Shown: positions 1 through 9,009, counted from the stretch's first letter. The stretch is 64,000 nt of DNA from Arenicellales bacterium (GCA_963665165.1 OY761989.1:679976-743975); one strand, 5' to 3'. Numbers and translations: made by a program. Notes: a model not told the origin generated them from the sequence alone.

Positions 1-218
1 TGTAGTCATGGCGATAGGCGATAAATTAATTGTACGGATCAGGGGTGGTGGTTAAAATTGTATAGTAAAATGCAACGCGGCTGTGAACAAAACCGGTGTT
101 TTGAGTTTCAGTTCCGGTTATAGTTCCAGTGAATTCAGAATTGTCCCATCCAATGACCTTGCCGATATGAAGCCCGGGCTGAACCACATCGAAGGTTTGC
201 GACCAATCAAATAATGAT

Positions 219-1070
219 ATGACAGACAAGAGTAATACTCCGTTGGTGACCCGATTTGACGATGTTTACAATATGCCTGATTGCCGGGCCTATTATTACG
301 CCATGAATGCGGTACAGTACAGAAATGCCGATTTTTCGATGCAGGGTTTTGCTCCGGCGCTGAATGAATTGAGACGTATTCGTGGTATAGAGGTGCCGTG
401 TGTGATGGATTTTGCTTCCGGGTATGGTATTGGCGCACTTCTGATGCGACACCATATTACGCTGGATCAGGTGCTGGATCGATACCAGGAGCCGAAGTTT
501 GTCGATGCGACGGTGGAAGAGGTTGTCAAGTGGGATAGCCAGTGGATTGACCAGAACAAGTACGTTGATGTGCCATGCCGGATATTTGGCCTGGATGTGG
601 CTGAGCAGGCGCTCATGTATGGCAAATCCGTCGGCATTTACGACGATGTCTTCGCCATTGATTTGCAGGCCGAATCACCCGGCGAAGAGCTCAAGCAAAT
701 GATCCAGCAGTGCGACATGATCATTGAGGTGGGTTCGATGATGCACCTGCTGCAAGGGACGTTGCAGACGATATTGGATCTGGCCGGGGAGTCGCTGCCC
801 TGGATTGTCTGTTCTCCTGTCCGGGGAAATGAGTCAGAGGAATGCTGGGATATCATGGAGGAAGCCGGACTGATTGTGGAAACGATGCCGATACCCCCGT
901 TTCCTCACCGGGTTTTCGCGGATGACGAGGAGAGACAAAGAGCGATTCAACTGGTCCGGGAGAGGGGGCGTGAAACCCAGGGATTTGAAACAACCGGCTC
1001 CTACCACGCACAGTTGTATATCGCCCGGCCCGAGCATGAATGTACCCACATGTCCGATTGGCTGGGTTGA
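219..1070 (+). CDS. Uncharacterised protein with class-I SAM-methyltransferase-like motifs
   Basis: 283-aa ORF. Has a glycine-rich 'VMDFASGYGIGALL' (motif-I-like), then 'IFGLDVAEQA' and 'DMIIEVGSMMHL'. No closer family recognised. Confidence 0.35.
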   Translation: MTDKSNTPLVTRFDDVYNMPDCRAYYYAMNAVQYRNADFSMQGFAPALNELRRIRGIEVPCVMDFASGYGIGALLMRHHITLDQVLDRYQEPKFVDATVEEVVKWDSQWIDQNKYVDVPCRIFGLDVAEQALMYGKSVGIYDDVFAIDLQAESPGEELKQMIQQCDMIIEVGSMMHLLQGTLQTILDLAGESLPWIVCSPVRGNESEECWDIMEEAGLIVETMPIPPFPHRVFADDEERQRAIQLVRERGRETQGFETTGSYHAQLYIARPEHECTHMSDWLG

Positions 1071-1076
1071 TCGGCT

Positions 1077-1964
1077 TCAGGGTTGATCCGGGGTATTTCC
1101 GGGGACAGCGCCAAATCGGACATTGCGGTCCAGCGCATCGATGCCGCTCATCTCCCCGTCTCCCAGCGCAAATCCTCCGATGTTGAAATTCTGGTCAATA
1201 TGGGCCGAAGTCTGCGCCTTCGGGATGGCGATCAGATCATGCTGGTAATGCCAGCGCAGGAGTATCTGCGCCGGAGCCACCTTGTGCCGAATGGCCAGAG
1301 TCCGTATGAACGGGTCACGAAACGGGGTTTTTACAGCAGCGCCGGACTGCCATTGTGCGGCTCCGAGCGGTGACCCGCTGATAATCCGTATCCGGTTCCG
1401 GCCGCAATATGCCCTGATCTTGTTCTGGCAACAATAAGGATGGAGTTCAACCTGGTTGCAAACAGGGGAAATACGGGCAAAGTCCTGAAGGGATTCCAGG
1501 TCCGCCACCTTGAAATTCGAAACTCCGATACTCCTTACCCGATTTTCATCCACCAGTTTTTCCAGCGCCTGCCAGGTTTGCCGGTTTTTACCGGGAACCG
1601 GCCAGTGCAGTAGATACAAATCAATATATTCAAGGGCCAGCCTTTCAAGACTCGACTCAAACGCCCGCAGCGCTTTGTCGTAACCGAAATGATCTATCGG
1701 GACTTTCGATGTAATGAAAATGGAATCCCGGTCGATTCGGGACTGCCTGATCGCGGCCCCGACGCTGCGCTCGTTACCATAAACCGGTGACGTGTCAAAA
1801 TGCCGGTAACCCTGCCTGAATGCGCGGAGCAGGGTATTGACCACTTCATGGCCATCGTTGCGCCAGCCATTCAATCCCGCAGTGCCAAACCCCCGGACCG
1901 GAATGGAGAACCCGTTAGCCAGTTGTGTTTCTGAGATCAGCGCAGTTCCGGCGGTATCTTGCAA
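1077..1964 (-). CDS. Aldo/keto reductase family oxidoreductase
   Basis: ORF 1077..2111 with AKR hallmarks 'LANGFSIPVRGFGT', 'GYRHFDTSPVYGNE', 'IDLYLLHWP' and 'RIISGSPLG'. The ATG at 2111 would overlap nadE by about 175 nt. The in-frame TTG at 1964 (or CTG at 1940), just before the conserved N-terminus, is more plausible. The 5' end is uncertain. Confidence 0.8.
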   Translation of the reverse strand: MQDTAGTALISETQLANGFSIPVRGFGTAGLNGWRNDGHEVVNTLLRAFRQGYRHFDTSPVYGNERSVGAAIRQSRIDRDSIFITSKVPIDHFGYDKALRAFESSLERLALEYIDLYLLHWPVPGKNRQTWQALEKLVDENRVRSIGVSNFKVADLESLQDFARISPVCNQVELHPYCCQNKIRAYCGRNRIRIISGSPLGAAQWQSGAAVKTPFRDPFIRTLAIRHKVAPAQILLRWHYQHDLIAIPKAQTSAHIDQNFNIGGFALGDGEMSGIDALDRNVRFGAVPGNTPDQP

Positions 1965-2746
1965 ACGGGGACGGGTTCCATTTTGTGCCGGTTGGCTTCG
2001 TGCAGGCGGGTATAAATTTCCAGTACCTGGCGCTGGCGGGCGCTTGTACCCGTGGACGCCCCTTCCCGGCCGGAGCTGCCCGAATCTTCTCCGGCGCGGG
2101 CCATGGCCCATTCCAGTTCGTCGTAGCTGGCGCCCAGCTGGTCTTCGTCAGAGCGGTTATCCCCCCACAATCCGTCGGTTGGTCTGGCCGTCATGATCTC
2201 TTCGATAACGCCCAGGGTTTTTCCTAGCCGGTAGACTTCAGATTTGTCGAGGTCGGCGATCGGACTCAGGTCAACGCCTCCATCGCCGTATTTTGTGAAA
2301 AACCCGACGCCGAAATCCTCGACCCGGTTGCCGGTACCGGCTACCAGGCAGTTGTGCAGTCCGGCAAAATAATAAAGCGTGGTCATTCGTAATCGCGCGC
2401 GCGAATTCGCCAGCGCCAGGGACCGGGTTCCGGTATCTTCCGCCGTTGGCAGGGCCTGGACGAATTGATCGAATACCGGGGTGAGGTCGGTTCTGATCGA
2501 AGACACATTGGGGAAGTCGTTTTCGAGCCGGTCGATATGTTTCCTCGCTCTTGATTCCTGTGAAGACGCCTGGTGGATCGGCATTTCGAGGCATAACACC
2601 GAGTTGCCTGTCCTGGCGGCCAGGGCTGAAGTCACCGCCGAATCAATCCCCCCGGAAACACCGACTACAAACCCCCTGGTCGTCGCTGTTTCGTTGTAGT
2701 CTGCGAGCCAGGCGACGATATGATTTATGATTGCTTCGGTTTTCAT
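1937..2746 (-). CDS. nadE: NH3-dependent NAD+ synthetase
   Basis: PP-loop 'GFVVGVSGGIDSAVTSALAA' (SGGxDS). Start set at ATG 2746 ('MKTEAIINHIVAWLADY') rather than the ORF-track start at 2857. Confidence 0.85.
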   Translation of the reverse strand: MKTEAIINHIVAWLADYNETATTRGFVVGVSGGIDSAVTSALAARTGNSVLCLEMPIHQASSQESRARKHIDRLENDFPNVSSIRTDLTPVFDQFVQALPTAEDTGTRSLALANSRARLRMTTLYYFAGLHNCLVAGTGNRVEDFGVGFFTKYGDGGVDLSPIADLDKSEVYRLGKTLGVIEEIMTARPTDGLWGDNRSDEDQLGASYDELEWAMARAGEDSGSSGREGASTGTSARQRQVLEIYTRLHEANRHKMEPVPVCKIPPELR

Positions 2747-2900
2747 GGTAGCGGTTATGATACCCGACAAATCCGACATTTCAATCAGTCGCCATGATAC
2801 ACTCGCTTCGCGAAATCCGGATAGCCGGTCCCCAGGCTCCGGGCCGGTTTTTCGCATCGGACTGAATCAACAAACACAACACTTTCTCACGACTGTATCC

Positions 2901-4028
2901 ATGGCGAAGACTATCGTTAGTTCCTGGAATGATTTCGATCCATTAAAACATGTCATCGTTGGCCGGGCGGACCATACCTGTATCCCGCCCAATGAGCCTG
3001 CGACAGAAGCCAAAATACCCCAGGACAGCGATATGCGCGGCATGTGGGGCCCGCGCTCGCTCGATACGGTCGAAAAGGCCAATTTCCGGCTGGACAATCT
3101 GACCGCGTTACTGGAGAGCCGGGGCATACGCGTCGACCGGCCCACGCCCCTGCAATGGAATCAGGCCGTGCATACTCCGGATTTCACGACCGCCTCCCAA
3201 TTTGGCTGTATGCCCCCGAGAGATGTATTGCTCACGGTCGGCAAGGAAATCCTGAGCGCCCCGATGTCGTTTCGCTGCCGGTATTTCGAGTATCTGGCCT
3301 ACCACGACCTGATGCAGCAGTATTTTGATGCGGACCCCGGGTTTCGCTGGGAACAGGCGCCGCGGCCCCGCCTGGGTGACGCCTCGTACAAGCCGGGTTA
3401 CTTCGATGAAATCACGATCGAGGAAAGACTGGAGCGAACCGCCGCGCTTGATTTTGTGACCAACGAGCATGAGCCATTGTTCGATGCCGCGGATGTGTGT
3501 CGTATCGGCAGAGATTTATTCTGCCAGCATGGCCTGACTACCAACAGGCGGGGGATGCAATGGCTCCAGCGCCATTTCCCGGATCATCGCGTACATGCGG
3601 TCAACTTTCCCGGTGACCCGTATCCGATTCATATTGACGCCACTTTCGTGCCACTGCGCCCGGGGCTGATTATCAACAACCCGGTTCGCAGGTTGCCGGA
3701 AGCGCAGCGCAGGATTTTCGAAGCCAATGACTGGGAAATCGTCGATGCGGCGCCACCCGCCCATGAAGCTCCGCCGCCGCTGTGCTATTCCAGCGTGTGG
3801 CTATCCATGAACTGTCTGGTCATTGACCACAAGACGGTGGTTGTCGAGGCCAGCGAAGTCCATCAGATGGAACAAATGGACCGGCTTGGCATGGAGGTGC
3901 TGCCGATCGAGTTTCGCGATGCCTACGCCTTTGGCGGCGGACTCCATTGCGCCACTGCCGACGTGTACAGGGTGGGCAGTTGCGAGGATTATTTTCCCAA
4001 ACAGGTTAGCGGCACGTTGATTGGATAG
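2901..4028 (+). CDS. Amidinotransferase of the glycine amidinotransferase (AGAT/StrB1) family
   Basis: Start at ATG 2901 ('MAKTIVSSWNDFDPLKHVIVG'). The C-terminal 'AFGGGLHCATADVYR' matches the catalytic-Cys context of AGAT-type amidinotransferases as I recall it. About 375 aa. Confidence 0.8.
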   Translation: MAKTIVSSWNDFDPLKHVIVGRADHTCIPPNEPATEAKIPQDSDMRGMWGPRSLDTVEKANFRLDNLTALLESRGIRVDRPTPLQWNQAVHTPDFTTASQFGCMPPRDVLLTVGKEILSAPMSFRCRYFEYLAYHDLMQQYFDADPGFRWEQAPRPRLGDASYKPGYFDEITIEERLERTAALDFVTNEHEPLFDAADVCRIGRDLFCQHGLTTNRRGMQWLQRHFPDHRVHAVNFPGDPYPIHIDATFVPLRPGLIINNPVRRLPEAQRRIFEANDWEIVDAAPPAHEAPPPLCYSSVWLSMNCLVIDHKTVVVEASEVHQMEQMDRLGMEVLPIEFRDAYAFGGGLHCATADVYRVGSCEDYFPKQVSGTLIG

Positions 4029-4172
4029 CTTGATCCCGTCATTTGCGTTTTCTCCATCGGCGGCGGACGCGCCCTGGGCAGTGGGAGCGTTCGTGTCGCC
4101 GGCAACTGGCGCGTTGTGTTCCGCTTCGAGGACGGCGAAGCCGTGGATGTGGATCTGATCGACTATCACTGA
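4029..4172 (+). pseudogene. higB: 3' remnant of a HigB (RelE/ParE-superfamily) toxin gene
   Basis: The frame ending at TGA 4170-4172 reads '...VRVAGNWRVVFRFEDGEAVDVDLIDYH*', the typical HigB C-terminus. It has no start codon or N-terminal two-thirds. The frame opens right at the stop codon of the upstream amidinotransferase. Confidence 0.6.
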
Positions 4173-4191
4173 CCGAAGGGGAGTGCTGACC

Positions 4192-4527
4192 ATGAACGAC
4201 ATTGCAAGCAGGCGTGTTGGCCCGATGCCGAACCCGCCGCACTTGGGAGAGTTGATTCGCGAGAGCATGGACGAAGTGGGCTGGAACGTGACTGCGACGG
4301 CGGCGCGTCTCGGCTGCGAGTGCGGCACGCTGTCTCGCCTTTTGAACGGCAAGGCGGGCGTGTCGGCGAACATGGCGCTGGCACTGGAAGATGTCGGCTG
4401 GGGAACGGCCGATCACTGGATGCGGATGCAGGCGAGTTACGAGCTTGCACAGGCGCGGCGTGACCGGACGGCGGCGAATGTCGCACGAGGGCGCTGCACA
4501 CATGATCCGAAGTTGCGCATGGACTGA
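4192..4527 (+). CDS. higA: HigA-family antitoxin (XRE-type HTH)
   Basis: 'PPHLGELIRESMDEVGWNVTATAARLGCECGTLSRLLNGKAGVSANMALALEDVGWGTADHWMRMQASYEL' is the HigA antidote pattern. GGGGAG lies 9 nt upstream of ATG 4192. Confidence 0.8.
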   Translation: MNDIASRRVGPMPNPPHLGELIRESMDEVGWNVTATAARLGCECGTLSRLLNGKAGVSANMALALEDVGWGTADHWMRMQASYELAQARRDRTAANVARGRCTHDPKLRMD

Positions 4528-4595
4528 TAGATTGTCGCCGTTCACGAGTGCTTGCACAGTTAGCCAAGTGCCACCAGAGTTCGATTGATACCCGG

Positions 4596-5783
4596 CTATC
4601 CGGTCACTGCGGCCAGTGCATCGGCAAACCGGTGCAGCTGCGCTTCATCCTTTAGTCCCGCGATGTTTATCCGGCCGCCTGCAACGGCATAAACGGCGTG
4701 ATCGTTACGCAGGCTGTCGACTTCCTCATCGCTTAGTACCAGCAGGGAAAACATGCCGCGGTGGTGTTCGATGAAATCCCATCGACTGGATCGGGTTTTC
4801 TCCCTGAGTACGTCGCTCAACTGTTTTCTCAGTGTCAGTATCCGTTGCCGCATGGATGTCAATTCGCTTTCCCAGTTATTTTTCAATCCGGCGTCCGACA
4901 TGATCAGAGAGACGATTGCAGCGCCATGATCGGGAGGCATCGAGTAGGAGCTTCGCGCGTTGCTGGCGATGTGATTGCGCGCGATTTCAGCGGTGAGGGG
5001 GGTCTCCCCAACCAGCAGGGAGCAGCCCACACGGTCGCGGTAAAGCCCGAAATTCTTGGAACAGGAACTGGCTACGACCATCGATTCGACCTGTTCGGCC
5101 ATGGCTCTGACGCCATAGACATCTTCTTCGAGCGAGTCGCCAAACCCCTGGTAGGCCAGGTCGAAGTAAGGAAAAAAACCGTTTTTCGCGGCAAGAGCAG
5201 CGATCTCGTCCCAGTTGCCGGGACTGAGTTCGGCGCCCGACGGATTGTGGCAGCAGGCATGAAAAACAACGATGTCGTCCTGTCCCAATGTCGTCAGTTT
5301 GCCCATCAGGGCATCGAAGTCCACCTGTTTGGTATTCCGGTCAAGGTATGGGTAGCTTTCGATGCTGAATCCGCTTTGCCTGAAAATGGGGTAATGATTG
5401 CCCCAGGTCGGGTCACTGACCCAAAAGGTCTTGTCGCCGGCAATCCGGTACAGCATATCGGACAGCATTCTGAGGGCGCCGCATCCGCCCGGAGTCTGAA
5501 CCGCGCGCACCCGGTCCATTCCCGAAAAGCCGCCAAATATCATGCGGGCGATTGTACTGTTGAACTGTTCGTCCCCGGTCAGGCCAACATAAGCCTTTGT
5601 GGTTTGCTGGTTGTGCAATCTTTCTTCTGCCTTGCGCACGGCATCCATGATCGGGGTGACACCCTGGGCATCACGAAAAACGCCGACGCCCACATCTATT
5701 TTCTGTGGGCGGGGGTCGTCCCTGAACATGCCCAGAAGTTTGAGAATGGGGTCCTGTGCAACCGGTTCGAACTGTTCAAACAT
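4596..5783 (-). CDS. Class I aspartate/aromatic-amino-acid aminotransferase (AspC/TyrB type)
   Basis: 395 aa. PLP-lysine signature 'SKNFGLYRDRVG'; 'GGCGALR'; N-terminal 'DPILKLLGMFRDDPR'. Confidence 0.9.
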   Translation of the reverse strand: MFEQFEPVAQDPILKLLGMFRDDPRPQKIDVGVGVFRDAQGVTPIMDAVRKAEERLHNQQTTKAYVGLTGDEQFNSTIARMIFGGFSGMDRVRAVQTPGGCGALRMLSDMLYRIAGDKTFWVSDPTWGNHYPIFRQSGFSIESYPYLDRNTKQVDFDALMGKLTTLGQDDIVVFHACCHNPSGAELSPGNWDEIAALAAKNGFFPYFDLAYQGFGDSLEEDVYGVRAMAEQVESMVVASSCSKNFGLYRDRVGCSLLVGETPLTAEIARNHIASNARSSYSMPPDHGAAIVSLIMSDAGLKNNWESELTSMRQRILTLRKQLSDVLREKTRSSRWDFIEHHRGMFSLLVLSDEEVDSLRNDHAVYAVAGGRINIAGLKDEAQLHRFADALAAVTG

Positions 5784-5909
5784 AATCTGGTCTTGTCAAT
5801 GTGAATTAAGAATGGACTATAACAAATTAAAGCCGCGCCTGAACGGTGAGCGAACCGATTTAGCCAAATCTTGTCCGGTCGGGACGGTCCTGATCAAGTA
5901 GAATAGGAT

Positions 5910-6878
5910 ATGAATTTCCGTTCCTTGCCCTCCGCGTCTCCGATAACCGCGGGTCAATCCGGTAAACATTCCAAAGCGCTGGTGCTTGGCGTGTCTGCCG
6001 CGCTGTTGAGCATCCTGTGTTTCAGCGCCATGGATGCCATGGTGAAGTGGCTGGGCTCGGACTACTCCGTCATCCAGATCATGTTCTTCCGTTGTACGGT
6101 GGCGTTAGTCCCGATCTCGTTTTTTCTGTATCGCGCAGGGGGCGTCCGGGTTTTGCGGACAAATCGCCCCTGGATGCATGCCCTGCGATCGCTTCTCGGG
6201 ATGTTGGCCATGACTTTCGCATTTTATGGCTTTACGGTTCTGCCGCTGGCGGATGCCTCTGCGGTTTTTTACATGGCTCCCCTGATCGGGACGGCGCTTT
6301 CCGTCCCCATTCTGGGGGAACATGTCGGCATACGACGCTGGCTGGCGATATCGATCGGTTTTGCAGGGGTATTGATCATTACCCGTCCAGGCGGAGCGGT
6401 ATTCAATTTGGGAGGCTTGTCGATGTTGATCGCGGCCTTCGTCGTCGGCGTCAACAGTACGGTCGTGAGAATGTTGAGCGCCACCGATCAGGCCATCAGC
6501 ATTACTTTCTACTTTACCCTGAGCGGCGCTGTCCTGACCACGATTCTGTGCATCTTTTCCGATTGGGTAGCACCGGGCGGATGGGATCTGGTCTTGTTGA
6601 TCTGTGTCGGGCTGATGGGCGGGATGGCGCAATACGCGCTGGCCCTGAGTTTGCGTTACGCGGCGGTCAGTATCATTGCCCCTTTCAGGTACCTGTCCAT
6701 TGTCGCAGGGGGGATATTCGGCTACCTGATCTGGTCAGAAATCCCGGACAGTCTGACGTTGCTCGGCATTGCCATCATCATCGGTTGCGGCCTGTATTCA
6801 ATGCATCGGGAAACAAAACTTGCCAGACAAAGCGATAACCGGGGTAAAATATCGGATCATGATCGAGGATACGGTTGA
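5910..6878 (+). CDS. EamA/DMT-superfamily transporter
   Basis: 322 aa and highly hydrophobic, about 10 TM segments in two EamA-like halves. Confidence 0.75.
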   Translation: MNFRSLPSASPITAGQSGKHSKALVLGVSAALLSILCFSAMDAMVKWLGSDYSVIQIMFFRCTVALVPISFFLYRAGGVRVLRTNRPWMHALRSLLGMLAMTFAFYGFTVLPLADASAVFYMAPLIGTALSVPILGEHVGIRRWLAISIGFAGVLIITRPGGAVFNLGGLSMLIAAFVVGVNSTVVRMLSATDQAISITFYFTLSGAVLTTILCIFSDWVAPGGWDLVLLICVGLMGGMAQYALALSLRYAAVSIIAPFRYLSIVAGGIFGYLIWSEIPDSLTLLGIAIIIGCGLYSMHRETKLARQSDNRGKISDHDRGYG

Positions 6879-6884
6879 ATCAAC

Positions 6885-7223
6885 ATGAATGATCCGAATA
6901 CGGTCGAATGGTCGATCCGCTCCAAACTCGAAGCCCTTGAGCCGCTCCATCTCGAAGTGTTGAACGAGAGCGGCAACCACAACGTGCCGGCTGGCTCCGA
7001 ATCCCACTTCAAGGTTGTCCTGGTATCGGATGCTTTCAGGGACAAGGCATTGCTCGCCCGGCACCGGTTGGTCAATGGACTGCTGGGCGATGAGCTGGCC
7101 GGACCCGTTCACGCCCTGTCGCTGGAGGCCCTGACGGGTGATGAGTGGTTCGACAAGGGCGGGCAATCCAGGCCCTCGCCTGAATGCCTGGGCGGTTCAA
7201 AGTCCACCTCAAGGTCCAGGTAA
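6885..7223 (+). CDS. bolA: BolA family transcriptional regulator
   Basis: 'LHLEVLNESGNHNVPAGSESHFKVVLVSDAFRDKALLARHRLVN...VHALSLEALT' closely parallels E. coli BolA. The hairpin AAGCC-TTCG-GGCTT follows the stop. Confidence 0.85.
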   Translation: MNDPNTVEWSIRSKLEALEPLHLEVLNESGNHNVPAGSESHFKVVLVSDAFRDKALLARHRLVNGLLGDELAGPVHALSLEALTGDEWFDKGGQSRPSPECLGGSKSTSRSR

Positions 7224-7752
7224 GCCTTCGGGCTTGTCGATTAAAATCCCTGATGTTCCCTGTATGGTGATCATGGTCGGCTACTACTTTAGCGGTAACA
7301 CCGGCTATTGATCGCTTTCGACAAATAGGGCATTTAAAAGGAGTCCCCGAAGCAGGCCGTTTCTTCTCCATTGCTTTTGCCTGTTTGGATTTTGGAGCCC
7401 TCTTGTCTATATCCGTTCGGCATTTTGTGCAGCTTGGTCTACGAACCGTCCCGTGTTTGTTGTTTTGGTTCCTGTCAAACCTTTCCACTGGCAACAGACA
7501 GTGACAAACATTACAAATTTTGGATTCAAACCTGTCTCCGGTTTTTTCAACATCTACAGGTTTTGTATCTTTTAATGGAACAGACCAGATTTCATCGCGT
7601 CCAATCAACCAGACAATAGCCGTATCCCCTGTCTCTTCTTTCACCAAACCAACAGAGTCAGACTTGAAGTTTCTGATTCTGCTCTCAGGGATACCATTTT
7701 CATGCTGCCTTCCTTGTCCCTTTGGACATACAACCCATTTGTGATCAGGCAT
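7072..7752 (-). pseudogene. HNH (endonuclease-VII-like) type II restriction endonuclease, 3'-truncated
   Basis: Start overlaps the methyltransferase stop (7745-7752). It has Cys pairs ('CNVCHC', 'CTKC', 'CPIC') and 'ADHDHHTGNIRDF', but the expected downstream CxxCN half of the HNH motif is missing. From about 7243 the frame runs antisense through the bolA terminator and 152 nt of bolA. Confidence 0.55.
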
Positions 7753-8527
7753 GTAACAGGTCTACAGTTAGTGAGCTTAGCCTTTCTTTTGCTATTTCTA
7801 TGTACTCTGCTGATATGTCTACCCCTATGTACTTTCGACCGGTCTGGTGTGCCATTTTGCAGGTTGTCCCGGAACCGCACATAGGGTCAAACACCAGGTC
7901 ACCGGGGTTCGTCCAGGAAAAAATATGGTCTTGTGCGAGTTTTTCCGGAAATATGGCTGGATGCTTGAATGCTATTTTATCTGATGTTGTGCCACCAAGA
8001 CCGACAGCGTAAGCCCATATATTTGTGCGTGTCTTTTCCTTCTTCAATTCTTTAAGAACTTTTCTGTTCACTGCGTCCGCGCCCTTGTTGTGAACCAGCA
8101 TTTCGTACCCGCTTCTAACCGTCTTTTCCTTTATCGGATTAAATGTTGCAGGCTTGCCCTTGCTCAACACAAACATGAATTCAAAGGCGTTTGTATAGGC
8201 ATTGCTTCGCATGAATGGCGTGTTCTTCTTCTGGTAGATCATCACATCATGCATCTGGAAACCTATCTTCTGAAAATATAAGCCTTGTCTGAAACTGGTC
8301 AGACTTCTACCTCCGTTTATCTTGTCGCCAACAACCCAAACAACCACGCCACCCTGCTTTGTTATTCGATGCAGTTGTTGCGCAATATCTTCAAAAGGGA
8401 ATGAATAGCCTTCATAGTTTCGGAGATCATCATACGGCGGGGAGGTTAAACAGAGGTCTATACAGCTACTATCCATGCTCCTCATGAACTCCACACAATC
8501 AGCCTGATATAGCTGGTTGTATTTCAT
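7745..8527 (-). CDS. Beta-class DNA methyltransferase (N4-cytosine or N6-adenine)
   Basis: Motif IV 'LTSPPYDDLRNY' lies N-terminal to motif I 'VFDPMCGSGTT'. Start set at ATG 8527 ('MKYNQLYQADCVEFM') with GGTGA 7 nt upstream. AT-rich by eye. Confidence 0.85.
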   Translation of the reverse strand: MKYNQLYQADCVEFMRSMDSSCIDLCLTSPPYDDLRNYEGYSFPFEDIAQQLHRITKQGGVVVWVVGDKINGGRSLTSFRQGLYFQKIGFQMHDVMIYQKKNTPFMRSNAYTNAFEFMFVLSKGKPATFNPIKEKTVRSGYEMLVHNKGADAVNRKVLKELKKEKTRTNIWAYAVGLGGTTSDKIAFKHPAIFPEKLAQDHIFSWTNPGDLVFDPMCGSGTTCKMAHQTGRKYIGVDISAEYIEIAKERLSSLTVDLLHA

Positions 8528-8795
8528 TATGCAGTCACCAATTTGTCTGGTTTGGTACATGGCATATTAATCCCCAACACCACACTTGTTGCAAGTGGAC
8601 ATTCCACCCCTTTAATCAGTGGATTTGATGAGATAATCTCTAGTGTATGAGCGGCTTGATGTCCCCGGAAAGGTACGGGACTGGGTGTGTCGGCGCATAC
8701 GACAGTTTCCGGTTCTCCATCAGGGCTTGTTCCATGGATCTGGACGAGCTACGGTGATAGCCGTCCTCGGCCAGGGCATTGGCCTAATTGGCCGC

Positions 8796-8978
8796 CTAAT
8801 TGCCAAGGGGATAAGGAGAGGGAGGTTGGCGCCAGGCGGGCCGCTGACCCCCGCGCTCGCCCGAAGGCATGAGATGCTGGCGAAAATGATTCTGGCGCCG
8901 AAGCGGATTGTAACCCGCGCCGATGAAAGCCGCACTACCGGCAATAAACCGCCGCTGCGAAAATGCCCATGACATCAA
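8796..8978 (-). pseudogene. Orphan 5' fragment of a Tat-secreted protein gene, paralogous to the multicopper oxidase start
   Basis: AAAGGAGG precedes the start. 'MMSWAFSQRRFIAGSAAFIGAGY' compares with the MCO 'MMSRAFSRRQFIAGSASFIGASY'. About 70 nt (8910-8979) align with 23292-23361 with about 9 mismatches. The reading frame becomes meaningless after about 25 codons. Confidence 0.4.
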
Positions 8979-9009
8979 GCCGGCCTCCTTTTAAGTCCGG
9001 ATTATGCTC

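Noticed and set aside
26-229. 67-aa minus-strand ORF at the left edge, of lower GC and with beta-strand-like sequence.
   Set aside because: It has no recognisable family or RBS, and its start overlaps the start of the divergent 219..1070 ORF. It cannot be supported from sequence alone.
219-1070. The idea that the MTase-like ORF is a guanidinoacetate N-methyltransferase completing an AGAT-GAMT creatine pathway.
   Set aside because: Beyond a generic glycine-rich SAM-like motif, it shows no collinearity with GAMT as I recall it. The assignment would be wishful.
6017-6838. 273-aa alternative-frame ORF inside the EamA transporter gene, and the 109-aa ORF at 8643..8972.
   Set aside because: Both are Arg/Gly/Pro-rich out-of-frame or intergenic reading frames without motifs or RBS. 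The EamA frame is clearly the coding one because of its hydrophobic TM periodicity.
7072-7243. The C-terminal 57 codons of the restriction-enzyme ORF that overlap bolA.
   Set aside because: The sequence is the antisense of the bolA coding region and its terminator hairpin. The HNH motif breaks off exactly where this begins, so it is read-through after truncation, not real coding sequence.
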